Made by a program: the position numbers and the translations under genes. Under the pieces are notes generated by a model. It had not been told where the DNA came from and ran no database searches. It worked only from the letters and a program-made list of their open reading frames with translations. Positions 24,560-37,400 of a stretch of DNA of 64,000 nucleotides are shown here, in pieces. Source of the DNA: Octopus bimaculoides (taxonomy: Eukaryota); contig NC_068983.1 of the NCBI RefSeq assembly GCF_001194135.2, forward strand, positions 61,051,090-61,115,089. Direction: 5' to 3'. Position 1 is the stretch's first letter. Each line of letters begins with the position of its first letter.

Positions 24560-24850
24560 CTTAATGCATGCACATCCCAAACTTGTCATTCACTTTAGAA
24601 AGAAACCAGTTTCCCGTTTGCCTGTCATATGCAATGACTATCAACAAATCACAAGGGCAGACATTTAATAAAGGGGGACTGTTCTTGCCTGAATTTGTAT
24701 TCAACCATGGTCAGCTATATGTTTCATTCTCAAGGCATGCAAATTATCTGATATGAGAGTTAAAGTTATCAACACAGACAAACAAGGGAAAAGAATAGGG
24801 AGAACTTACATGAAGAACATAGTCTGCAAAAAAGTATTGGATTGAAAGGT
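24560..24850 (+). mobile_element. Helitron Pif1-like helicase C-terminal fragment
   Basis: FTLERNQFPVCLSYAMTINKSQGQTF...FVFNHGQLYVSFSR followed by MKNIVCKKVL; Pif1 motifs V/VI and the Helitron TxNVVYxEV terminus. Confidence 0.85.
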
Positions 24851-25478
24851 ATATGCAACTTGAAATGTGTATTGACTCTGACCCATTGCCTTGGCTTATA
24901 AGTTATGATGTGGCTTTCAGAGTATGCCATGCTGCATTAAATTTTTACCCATATGTGACCCCTATATTTTACATATAAAATAAATTTTTTTGTTTTCTAG
25001 ATATGAATTTGTGACCATGTAAATTTTAAAATGTATTTTTTTTCTGTTTCTGAGAAAAATGGTAAAATAAGAGTGAATATTTATTTTATGAGTGCTGTGT
25101 ATTAAGTCTATAAAATTGTGCATAAAGTATATAAATTGCATTAAGTAATCATCATATTCCAATTTCCTTCACTCTTCAATGAGTAGCAGATGAGCGACTA
25201 TCTTTTGATACAGACACAAAACAGGCTACGTTTTCAGGAATAACTATTAATTTCATGAAATATTCACAGGTCCTGCTAGTACATTTATTATTACACTTAA
25301 GAGGATACTCCAACAAAGTTTCCAATCGTGACTTGCGTCAGTGTTAGTAATCACTATTGTTACACAAAAAAAAAAAACTATTCAGATTAAAAGTAAATGT
25401 AATTTCATGACTCCGCTATTTATATTGTTGTTAATCCCAACACATGACTTCAGACCACAGTCATGTGCCAAACATGTT

Positions 25479-25646
25479 CAAGGAGTGACAGTGTGGTAAG
25501 TAGCTTGCTTACCAACCACATGGTTCTGGGTTCAGTCCCACTGCGTGGCACCTTGGGCAAGTGTCTTATACTATAGCCTCGAGCCGACCAAAGCCTTGTG
25601 AGTAGATTTGGTAGACGGAAACTGAAAGAAGCCCATCGTACATGTG

Positions 25647-25683
<37 letters not shown>

Positions 25684-25900
25684 GTGTGTGTATATGTTTG
25701 TGTGTCTGTGTTTGTCCCCCCACCATCGCTTGACAACCGATGCTGGTGTGTTTACGTCCCCGTAATTTAGCAGTTCGGCAAAAGAGGCCGATAGAATAAG
25801 TACTAGGCTTACAAAGAATAAGTCCTGGGGTCAATTTCCTCGACTAAAGGCAGTGCTCCAGCATGGCCACGGTCAAATGACTGAAACAAGTAAAAGAGTA
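25479..25900 (+). mobile_element. tRNA-derived SINE, family A (best-preserved full-length copy)
   Basis: A/B-box head, ccttgggcaagtgtc core, internal (TA)n(TG)n and tail ...ctccagcatggccacggtcaaatgactgaaacaagtaaaagag. Confidence 0.92.
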
Positions 25901-27074
25901 TAATAGATCAAATGAATAAAATTCAAAACTTTATTTCTTCATTGTTTATGAATGCATAAGTGAACCTAGGTGATCAAAAGTCTATTTTTCAAGTGTAAAA
26001 CCATGCACTGACCACTCCTAAAGCATTCAAAGCAATGCAGAACAAACAATATCAGCTGGGAAACTGAAAGTGTTCAAGGGTAACGTTGATTTGACACAAG
26101 ATTTAAGAAGACCAGAGAAGGAAGGTATGACCATTCTAATGTAATTTTGATGACTTGCATTCTTTGTGTAGGGAAAATGTCTATGTAATTAGAGTTCTTG
26201 ATAATTTTTTTCCTTTACAGTTGAGCTATGCTGGGATTACTACCTTAAAGTAATATTAGATTTTTTTAATAGTAACACAGTGGAGGAAGTATATAGTATT
26301 TTTAATAAAAGTGAATACAATTTCAGGTTTTTAATAAAACAAGAAGAAATACACTCCCTCCTTCACAATTTTAAGTAGGGGTGTAGTTAATTGATAGCTG
26401 TACTTTACCTTTCAACCTTGAAAGAAGAAAAAATAGTCAGCCTTGACAAAATTTGATTCAGATAAAGATTTGTAAGGAAATGGCAAAAGACATGGACAAT
26501 ACTACATTGCAATTGTCTTCTAAACTATATAAACAATTTGCAGTTCATCTCAATATACTCTAAACATTTGTAACATTTCACATGTTAAAACAGTGCTAAC
26601 ATCAGTTTTGACTTGATGCCAATAACAACTTGTACTAGACTGAACTCTCACTGCTCAACTTTGTATTTACATACTGGGGAGAAAGGGAATGTTATAGAAT
26701 TGATAATATTATCCTCAAGTTAAACTGTTGGACAATATAAACAACAAGGGAACAACTTGTTGACAGACAAAAATTTTGCCTGCATTCAAAATTAAAACTA
26801 CCCATTGATGGAAGTACTCTAAATAAACTCTAAGACAAAAAGTTATGTAATATAAGTTGCTTCAACACCTAAAATATTTGCAACATTATTGCTTAATGCA
26901 ATAAAACATTTTAATGTTACTTAGTCTGGTCATATTGATACCTATGAATTTGTGTAATTAACAGTTTCTATATTTTCTGTCTGCTGGAGACAAGGCAACT
27001 TTTTTAGTGCTGGTACCCGGTACCATGATAGGATGAATCCCATACATTGTAAAATGGTTACCAATAGGAAGGAC

Positions 27075-27170
27075 ATCTGACCATATATGAAGTAGTACCC
27101 AGACTAGTTCTGTAGCATACCAATTGATGATAGTACCGGGTTGCATGCGGAGTGAGAGCTAGCAGTGTAT
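27075..27170. mobile_element. Terminal fragment of the 46684-47630 mariner family
   Basis: The reverse complement (cactgctagctctc...tacagaactagtctgggtact) aligns with 47540-47612 (cattactagctctc...tacagaactagtttgggtact). Confidence 0.55.
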
Positions 27171-28099
27171 AAATTTATTTAACCACTTGTTATACATACT
27201 TATGCATATACACACATACAAGCATGCATAAACTCATGCAGATAGATGGATATTGTAGAATAAAGTAGATTATATAATAAATTATAATTAAAGGTTATGA
27301 AAATATATGTCCTCGTCTTGCAATAGAAAAAGGTAGGGGAAATTGACAAAATGACACCATGATCTAGTGTATTCAGTTTAAAAGTGTGCATACTAACTAG
27401 AAACATTTCCAAAAACAGAAAACCCAACCATTTGGATATAAAGATAGTTGATAAATGGAAGTAAAATTAGGGTGGTATAAAAATAAAATGAAATTTGCAA
27501 GCTATGTCAAGAACTGTTAGGTGGTTGGAAAAAAACCACATTAAATATAATGTATGCTAGCTCATTACTTGTTGCTACACTGCTAGTAAAAAATATTTTC
27601 TAATCATGTAGATACCTTCATGAATTTTTCATAGTGTAAGTCTTTCTTTGAAGTCTGTGTTGTTTTGTCTATATGTTGAAAGACATACAGAAACACACAC
27701 ACAAATAACCAAATAAAAAGTAACTATATGTTTTGTATATATGCATATAGTTTTTTTCTGAAGTCTGTGTTATGTTGACTTACACTTAATATTCCCTCAT
27801 TTTTAATCAAAGCTTGTTAGTTACTAAGGTGACAACATTACCTATTTATCTATCTTTCACACATGCATATGCTCTCTCTCTCTCAACAAGTTTTTCTCCT
27901 CCCCTTCTTCCCTCTCTCTGCATTGATGTTGTTATGGACAGACAGACTGAGAACAGCTTCTCTTTTATAATATCAGATTGTGGTGCAAAAAATGTGTATC
28001 ATAAAGTCTGAAAAAGATGGGTTGTGGGGTCAGAAACACTATAAAGTGCCAGCAAAAACCAAGTTGTATAAAAGGAATCGGGCTATTTTAGAAGATAAA

Positions 28100-29215
28100 T
28101 AACATTTGGGGAAATTTATATGGATATGGAATCAACAGCAATGAATTTAGTGTACAAGTAGGGGTTCACCAAGGCTCAGTTCTCAGCCCACTCTTATTAG
28201 ACTCCTTCAGGCCATAACAGAGGAATTCAAAACTGGATGCTCATGGAAACTGTTATATGCTAATGACCTTGCCCTTGTTATATGCTCATGATCTTGCAGA
28301 AACTTTAGGAGAATTGGAGAAATTCCAGGTATGGAAACAAAACCTGGAATCAAAGTTATCCTAGTAAAGACCGAAGTTGTTGTTAGTAAGAAAGAAGATA
28401 AAACTTTCCTTCTGTCAGGAAAATGGTCCTGCTCAATATATAGAAAAGGAGTTGAAAGAAATTCCATTCGCTGCACCCAGTGTAAGCTATGGACACATAA
28501 GAGGTGCAGTGGAATCACAGGTAGATTAACAGATAAAGTTGTTTTAGTATACAGCAGATGTGCAGGAACAATTAGTACTAAGGGCACACAGGACTTAGAT
28601 TCTCTCAAATTCCTAGGAGGCTCTCTTGAGGTTGTAGATAGTTTCTGTTACTTAGGCAACCAAATTAACAATGATTGAGGAAGCTCTGAAAGTATTGTTT
28701 CTAGAATAAGAATAAGGTGGAGGTAATTCAGAAAGCTATTACCTCTGTTGGCAACAAAAGGACTCTCTCTCGAAGTGAAAGATACACTATGGTGCTTGTG
28801 TGTGAACAGCTATACTCCATGGTAGGGAGATATGGGCTCTGAATGCAGAAGGATTGTGTGGACTGGAGAGAAATGACAGCAGTATGCTCTGTTGGATGTG
28901 CAACATCAGTGTGCATGTATGACAAAGTACAAATGTATTGAGAGAAAAGTTGGGCATAAGAGGAATCAAATGTAGCATGCAAGAGAGAAGGCTACATTGG
29001 TTTGGATATGAAATGCATGTGAATGAGGACGGCTGCATAAAGAAATGCCAATCACTGAAAGTGGATGGTACCTGCTGAAGTGGGAGACCCAGGAAAACAT
29101 AGAATGAAGTAGTAAGGACCGATCTCAGGATATTGGACCTCATGGATGAAATGACAATGGACCAACATGTCTGACAATATAAGGTTCTTGAGAAAAACTG
29201 CCCTTGTCAGCGAAA
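28100..29215 (+). mobile_element. RTE-clade LINE, 5'-truncated and degenerate
   Basis: VGVHQGSVLSPLL, LLYANDLAL, CSIYRKGVERNSIRCTQCKLWTHKRCSGI, LEVVDSFCYLG and later W..HV.RM segments, with stops and frameshifts. Confidence 0.9.
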
Positions 29216-29651
29216 CTGAGTTCTAGAAGCGCTGTGTATTCCACCCACATATAACAAGAAAACTTTTCACACACCCTACCCCAACAAACCAAACTACATC
29301 CCTACATTTCAAATTTTTTCTTATAGCATATAAATGTATTTATGGGGAGAAAAATATTGAAAATCATCAATACATTCGAGAGAAAGAAACGTGGAGGGTT
29401 ATCTTAGGATGTGCTAGAAACAACAGCCAAATCTCTGCAATCATTCACTTTTTCCTCTGAAAATATTAACAATGTTTTTAATACTTTTTACCGAAAAGGC
29501 TCCTCCCATGGTTTTGAAGTGCCAAAAAAAAATTGGCCAAAATCGGACCTGAGTGGGATGATGAGGCGGGGTAGGGAGGTTATACAAAATAATTTTCAAA
29601 ACTTTTTTGTCATTTCGAAGGCTGTGGTTTAAAAAAATATGGTCTTTCTGA

Positions 29652-29945
29652 TCCGAAACTCCTCTCCCTACCCCCTCGGAAAAATTTTCCCCACAAATTT
29701 CTTTATAATTGTAATCTATGCCGTTTGGAAGGTATTTGTATAAAATTTCATTGAAAAATATCCATTTTCCTGAAACTTATGAGAGAAAAAAGTCGGATCG
29801 TGTGAATTTTCCGAAACTCTTCTCCATATCCTCTCGGAAAAATTCTTTCCAATAAATTTTTATATACTCTGAATCCACAGCATCTAAGGGGTATTTGTTG
29901 AAAATTTCGCTAAAAAGTATCCATTTTTCTGGAAGTTATGAGACA
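29652..29945. repeat. Two diverged ~158-bp tandem units inside a probable non-autonomous DNA element
   Basis: tccgaaactc...ctcggaaaaatt...gtatttg..aaaattt...tatccatttt...gaa.ttatgaga at 29652 and 29810. Confidence 0.7.
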
Positions 29946-30220
29946 ACAAACTCAGTGGGGTACACATCTGTAGTTATGCCCTATCTTTATATATTCTACT
30001 GCTCTTTTCTCGTTATGATTTATTGAATACACATACACACACGCGTGTTTTTGCATATGTGTGTTTATGTATAGTTGGTACGAGCAGTGTGCTTATGTCA
30101 GTCTGCGACACAGAGTTTCCCAATATTGTGCAACTACCCGCAGAAGACTATTATTGTAATTAGAGTTGTCTTTCCATTACTCCAGCTTTAGTCTTTACTG
30201 CGTGTATAATAGAACCATTT

Positions 30221-30562
30221 AGTGGAGGCGCAATGGCCCAGTGGTTGGGGCAGCGGACTCGCGGTTTCGATTCCCAGACCGGGCGTTGTGAGTGTTTATT
30301 GAGCGAAAACACCTAAAGCTCCACGAGACTCCGGCAGGGATGGTGGCGAACCCTGCTGTACTCTTCCACCACAACTTTCTCTCACTGTTACTTCCTGTTT
30401 CTGTTGTGCTTGAAATTCAAAGGATCAGCCTTGTCACACTGTGTGACGCTGAATATCCCCGGAACAGCCTGCTCGTGAAATTAACGTGCAGTTAATTTCA
30501 CGAGCAGGCTGTTCCGTTGATCGGAACCCTCGACGTCGTAAGCGACGGAGTGCCAACAACCA
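30221..30562 (+). mobile_element. tRNA-derived SINE, family C
   Basis: agtggaggcgcaatggcccagtgg (A box)...ggtttcgattccc (B box)...gtttattgagcgaaaacacctaaagc...gtcgtaagcgacggagtgccaacaac. Confidence 0.9.
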
Positions 30563-30859
30563 TAGAACCATTTATATTAACATATAGAAGATGAGTTTCA
30601 CAGCCTAGTCAGCCTCAACATTAGAATCATTTGCTATTGTTTGATAGCGGGTTTGCCATGAGCGAAAGGTCATATGAACAACGGCGTTTCAGCTATGACC
30701 ATCTCGAATATTGTATATATAGTTCTACATAATCCAGTGTGCCATCCCTTTTCAGACTGTAGGATGGAATTTTAGAAAACGATTTCCCAGCCATTTTTTG
30801 AGGTTGAAAACGAGAAAGTTTCAAGACTCAATTTATAATAGCAGTTAAAGGAGCAACAG

Positions 30860-31185
30860 TGAAAAACACGTGGATTCGTGGTTAGAGTATTTGGCTCACG
30901 ATCGTAAGTCGTGAGTTCGATTCCCGGTGACACGTTGCGTCCTTGAGCAAGACTCTTTATTTCGTATTGCTCCCGTCCACTCAGTTTACAAAGTTTAGTT
31001 GTCTGTAATTCAAAAGACCAGCTTAGTCACATTCTTTGTCAAGTAGAATCTTGATAATTACGTTAATCGTACACGTATCCATGGTATGTTCAACCACTTG
31101 CACGTTAATTTCACGAGCAGATTGTTCCGTTGATCAGATTAACTGGAATACTGGTCGTCGTAACCGACGGAGTGCCAATACAACA
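30860..31185 (+). mobile_element. tRNA-derived SINE with a different head and a family-C tail
   Basis: Head gtggttagagtatttggctcacgatc...gagttcgattccc...gcgtccttgagcaagac; tail ccacttgcacgttaatttcacgagcag...gtcgtaaccgacggagtgccaa is shared with family C. Confidence 0.8.
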
Positions 31186-31193
31186 AACTAGTG

Positions 31194-31208
31194 ATTGGCT
31201 ACTTCCGC
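31194..31208 (+). promoter_or_regulatory. Candidate proximal promoter elements of NFKBIL1 (inverted CCAAT box plus ETS-type CTTCCG)
   Basis: ATTGG at 31194-31198 and ACTTCCGC at 31201-31208, 45-55 nt before the ATG. Motif match only. Confidence 0.35.
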
Positions 31209-31250
31209 TTTCAACACTACAGCCTCTGTGCTCTAAAGCATCGTTTTAGG

Positions 31251-31447
31251 ATGTCTTCATACGATAGCTACCGACACGATTTGATGAATAAAGTTATAAC
31301 CTATATTAGAGATAATCGTCCCAGTCGTGCGAAAGAATTCATAAAGAAACATAAGCTCGGAAAATATCTGAAGAACGTGACAAACGCCAACGGTGGAAAC
31401 CTCCTTCATACGTGTTGTTCTTTCACCAATTCAAGACGTTTTCTCAG
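31251..31447 (+). CDS. NFKBIL1: NFKBIL1 coding exon 1
   Basis: MSSYDSYRHD...NSRRFLR; donor AG|gtatgt. Confidence 0.8.
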
Positions 31448-34400
31448 GTATGTATGTTTATACACACACACACACATATATATATATAGCGTGTGTGTGA
31501 ATTTTTAAAACGTTTTACAGACATACTCTTATCTAAAATGAAATTTTTTTGTAAGTCATACAACGAGCGTTTATTCAACTCAAAGTTATATATTATACTA
31601 TTTGTTTACAATAGCTACAATGATTTTAAAACTATATTTGAATAATCCTTCAAAAAGAAAGTTTAGGGTATATTTCTTTGACTTAACCACATTTGTAATC
31701 ATTGATTCTTCACCATAGTTCGAGAGATTAGGACGTTTGCTCCAAATTTTCCCTATCAAGAACACACTATTAAAAAGCCCTCAAAGTCGCTTTAGGCAAA
31801 GACTTAGCATTTACAATCACAAAACTGTATGAGGTGTTTACTACTAATGATCTTGAATGTACTTCAAATCTCAGTTACGTCGCTAAAACTTGCTTCTGTA
31901 TATTAATGACAGTGGAGGCGCAATGGCCCAGTGGTTAGAGCAGCGGACTCGCGGTTATAGGACTGGGCGTTGTGAGTGTTTATTGAGCGAAAACACCTAA
32001 AGTTCCACGAGGCTCCTGCAGGGGATGGTGGCGAACCCTGCTGTACTCTTTCACCACAACTTCCCCTCACTCTTGCTGAATATCCCCGAGAACTACGTTA
32101 AGGATACACATGTCTGTGGAGTGCTCAGCCACTTGCACGTACATTTCACGAGCAGGCTGTTCCGTTGATCAGATCAACTGGAACCCTCGTCGACGTAAGC
32201 GACGGAGAGCCAACAACAACATATTAATGACAAATATTTTAAACTTCTAACCGCGCTCCTACTTACTATTCATTCCTTCTTTATCATCTGCACCAAGTAA
32301 CCTAAATATATCATTCAAGATCTGTGTTGCTCCAATGAACAAACCTCGGTATTAGTGGGATACAATGAATTCCTGATTGCTTTTAATCTAGTGGGATACA
32401 ATGAATTCCTGATTGCTTTTAATCTAGTTTTTTTTACAAAATTTATTATATTAGTTCATTTTATTGATATATGATAGAAATAATGGCGCTTCTTAGAAAC
32501 GCACCTCTCCAAGAAAATGATACTTAATTGTAAAGAAAAGTTAGGAAAATGGGAAATATATCCAAAATATATGTAGTATGCAAAAAATTAGGAAGATTCA
32601 TCTATTTTTAAATATTTTATACTAAAAAAATAAAACAAACGGAAAACGAACATCGCGAATATAAACAAACATGTCGGACGATACAAAGGGAGGTAATTTA
32701 CTTTTACCAGTCAGGTATCATTAATGATACGAGGGGCTAAATAGCCACTGAGTTATATGTTGTAATTTATTTTCTCTGAAAACAAAAATAAAAGTAACAA
32801 AACTTGCATACATCTTAAACATATTTACTGTATTGTTTTGTAATTATTTCTGTCGTATATCACACCTTAAAATGGGCGAAGGTAAACCTTAAAGCTAATC
32901 CTAAAACTAACCTTAACCAGTGTGCGCAGTAAAACTAATTAAAAACAATGAAGAATTTGCAAACGATATTGTCGGGCCCCTCGTATCATTAATAATATCT
33001 GACTGGTAAACAGTAAGTTACCCCCACCCCACCACCTGTATCGTCCAACATGTTTGTTTATATTCGCGATGTCTGTTTTCCATTTGTTTTATTTTTGGAT
33101 CTTTCTGATTTGACGGGCAACACTTTTCATTAATGTTTTATGCAGTGTTTTTGGTACCGAAACACTTTCAAACTTCGTATACTTGTATATTTTGTGTTAT
33201 AGAACAGATAAAAAATTTTGTATTCAAAGTTATTTCATGTAAAAAAATTGTCGTATTTCGGTAATTTCAACCAATCACTGACGTCTATTGAGGTAAAACC
33301 AATTACTGCCGTGGAATGTAAACAANNNNNNNNNNNNNNNNNNNNNNNNNNNNNNNNNNNNNNNNNNNNNNNNNNNNNNNNNNNNNNNNNNNNNNNNNNN
33401 NNNNNNNNNNNNNNNNNNNNNNNNNNNNNNNNNNNNNNNNNNNNNNNNNNNNNNNNNNNNNNNNNNNNNNNNNNNNNNNNNNNNNNNNNNNNNNNNNNNN
33501 NNNNNNNNNNNNNNNNNNNNNNNNNNNNNNNNNNNNNNNNNNNNNNNNNNNNNNNNNNNNNNNNNNNNNNNNNNNNNNNNNNNNNNNNNNNNNNNNNNNN
33601 NNNNNNNNNNNNNNNNNNNNNNNNNNNNNNNNNNNNNNNNNNNNNNNNNNNNNNNNNNNNNNNNNNNNNNNNNNNNNNNNNNNNNNNNNNNNNNNNNNNN
33701 NNNNNNNNNNNNNNNNNNNNNNNNNNNNNNNNNNNNNNNNNNNNNNNNNNNNNNNNNNNNNNNNNNNNNNNNNNNNNNNNNNNNNNNNNNNNNNNNNNNN
33801 NNNNNNNNNNNNNNNNNNNNNNNNNNNNNNNNNNNNNNNNNNNNNNNNNNNNNNNNNNNNNNNNNNNNNNNNNNNNNNNNNNNNNNNNNNNNNNNNNNNN
33901 NNNNNNNNNGCGCCAAAATAATTATAAAACAACAGACTAAAAATGTTTAAGGCGTATGCAAGTGTCGTTTTTTTTTTTCTTAGTTTGAGCCCCTTGTATC
34001 GTTAAGTCGGCGGAGGTAAAGAATATGCACACCACCCGTTTTTGGCGTAACTCCAACCCGAAAAAACGGGTGGTGTGCGTATTCTTTACCTTTGCCATTT
34101 AGTTAATATTTCGGGACCCTTGTATCCCACTAGTACCCAAGTGTCATCCATTGGATCATGACCAAATTTTCCTATCCAAAAACTATACACAGTTAAAACA
34201 CTCGAAGCCGCTTTAGGCTGAGACTTTGCAGCCATCTCCCTAGCTCATTTCATGGTGAGTATAAACTGGCTTGTGCTTTTGCCCAATCAGCGAGCTGGCA
34301 GAAACGTTAGCACGCTGGGTGAAATGCTTAACAGTATATCGTCTGTCTTTACATTCTGAGTTCAAATTCCGCCAAGGTCGACTTTGTCTTTCATACTTTC

Positions 34401-37400
34401 TGGGTCGATAAATTAAGTACTAGTTGTGTACTGGAGTCGATCTAATCGACTGGCCCCCTCCCTCAAAATTTCAGGCCTTGTGCATAGAGTAGAAAAGGAT
34501 ATAAGCTAGAGTAAGGCATAATGTTAATCTGTAATGCTCACTTCTCGAAAATAGAATTACCGTGGAATTTCTTGTGTTAATGATTGAGTAATGTTAATGA
34601 TTTTATGTTTTAAAACAGATATCTTTTACGTAAAGAAGTTAACCCCTTACAAACGGACTTTAATGGAAATTTACCTCATCACTATGCAGTGCACCAGCTC
34701 CTCTATATTGAGGATCCACATGAAGCACAGTTTGGTAAGTAACAATTTCTGCAAAAATAATTATCAGCTTCACTTTCAATGGAGTACAATCTGGTAACTT
34801 TGTATCTTGCTTTCTCTAAATGTTTTAGGTACCTATGTAGTTGCAAGTAGAAATAGAAACCCTCTCGGCCTTCCCACCTTTAACCCAGCAGAATATAACA
34901 GCTGGAGAGAGAGCTGCACCAGCAGTTAGCTGGTACTCATTTTCAGCTGAGGCAAACAGCATGAAATGATGTGCCTTGCTCAGGAATCAAATCCACAACC
35001 TTATGACTTTGAGCTCAGTACCTTAACCTCTAGGTCACATTTCTTCATAAAGAATAATTAACTATATTGTTGTTGTTGGCACTCCGTCGCTTACGACGTC
35101 GAGGGTTCCAGTCGATCCGATCAACGGAACAGCCTGCTCGTGAAATTAACTTGCAAGTGGCTGAGCAATCCACAGACACATGTACCCTTAACGTAGTTCT
35201 CGGGGATATTCAACGTGACACAGTGTGACAAGGCTGACCCTTTGAATTACAAGCACAACAGAAACAGGAAGTAAGAGTGAGAGAAAGTTGTGGCGGAAGA
35301 GTACAGCAGGGTTCGCCACCATCCCCTGCCGGAACCTCGTGGATCTTTAGGTGTTTTCGCTCAATAAACACTCACAACGCCTGGTCTGGGAATCGAAACC
35401 ACGAGTCCACTGCCCTAACCACTGGGCCATTGCACCTCTACAATTAACTATAATATCAATAGTAAAAGTCAACTAGTGTAAGAATTAATTCATAACTTGT
35501 TATTAGAGCTAAGTGCTTAAAGAATTAGACTACCTCATGGGCTCTGAGTTCAAATCTGCTATTGCAATTCATTATATGAACAGTAAACTTTAGTTCTCCA
35601 TTACTTCACCTTGCTGTCAAGAAATGGATACCAGATCAATTTATGCAGTCTCACACCAGAGCTATCTTGGTCTGCCACTTTGGCATCTGACCTAATTTCA
35701 AATACAAATTGTATTCTACCTAGTGTGCAACAGTCTATTCCATCATCAGGAAGACATCTTCCTCAGCTACTAGGCAATTCCATTATTTTGTCATATTCTA
35801 CTTTTTTATATATTTTGACATTTAACTCACAATGATCTTGAGTGTTTGGCTGTAAGTCCCTCTTCGTTGAGGCTTAATCTTACTGTCAGTCTTCACTACT
35901 ATGTCCTGTGTTTTCCTAGGTCTCCTTCTTTCACATTTAGTGATCAGCACTTCTTTATGTAACCATTTCCATCTATATACATCACATGACCATACAGCAG
36001 TCTCCTCTATTGCACACTACATCTGATGCCTCTTATGCCCATTCTTTTTCTATATACATTTGTATTTTGTCATACATGGACACTGACATTGCACATTCAA
36101 CAGATCATGCTTTCTTGATTTGTTTCTAAGTTTTTATATGTCCTCTACAGTCATGGCCCACATTTCATTACCGGGCAGCATTGCTGTTTTTATGCTAGCA
36201 TCATACAATCTGCCTTTCACTCTGAGAGGTAGGTCTTTTGTTACCAACAGAAGTAATAACTCTCAAAACTTTCTCCAGCTGGCTCTTCTAGCAACTACAC
36301 TTTCAGAACATCATCCTCCACTGCTAATCATCATCATTTAATGTCCATTTTCTATGCTGGCATGGGTTGGATGGTTTGACCAGAGGTGGCAATCCAGAGA
36401 GCTTCAGTCTGATTTGGCATGGTTTCTACAGTTGGATGCCCATCCTAATGCCAACCACTTTACAGAGTGTGCTGGATGCTTTTACATAGCACCATCACAG
36501 TAAATAACAAAAATTATCCACCACCTCTAAGAGTCCTCCTGGGTATTTGAGAAAATCTATTTCTCATGTACTTAGTGTTTATTGCACCTGTTCATCAGCT
36601 GCAAAGTCTATTTCTCTGTTAACCTCCTGTGATTCTACTGCACCTGTTATGTGTGCACAGTTTACCTTGGGTACACCATATAGAATTTCTACCTACACTA
36701 TTTCTACTTATTAAATGGAACCCTATCGAAGGTTTTCTCCAAGTCAACAAATGCAAAGTACAGCAGTTTACTTAAGCTATAATGTAACTCCTAGGGACAA
36801 CTTTATCAATGTATACAGCCAGGTGTTAAATAGGATTCATGACTATATAATAGCCCATAGTATGACTTCTGACTGTACACTTGAAAAGTTGTACCAGTAA
36901 TACATTTAAAACTGTTTAAAATAACTTTACAATGTTTTATCCTCAATATCTTTAGTTCTATGTTACTAAATACCTTTTCTATCTTCTACTTCAGTCTATC
37001 AAGAGTTTGTTAAACCATTTCTGAATGCTTTCCCCGACTGTTTGATGTTTAAAAACAGGTTTGGAGAGTCAACAGAAGATTTGTTGTTACAATTTTTTCA
37101 TTATCAAAATATTTATCAGGTAATTTTACTTTATTACTCAGGTATTTCATTAATACTGAACAAAAGTCAGTTGGTCATATTGTGAGATATGTATGTGTTT
37201 CTGAAAGGAATTAAATAGCTACAAATGGAATTTGAAAATATACCATAACTTTGCTCATTAAGTTATTACAGCTATACAATCTATGACCTATGGAGCATCA
37301 TCATCATTTTAACGTCCACTTTTCCATGCTTACAGAGGTAGGACAGAATTTTATTTAGGCAAATTTTCTATGACCAGACGCCCCTCCTATCACCAACCCT

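Noticed and set aside
26958-27146. 62-aa minus-strand ORF that looked like an exon
   Set aside because: About half of it aligns to the terminal region of the 46684-47630 mariner family.
30221-30300. tRNA-like sequences with A/B boxes (also near 15240, 21135, 25480, 30870, 31911)
   Set aside because: They are SINE heads: no complete cloverleaf, and each continues into a multi-copy SINE body.
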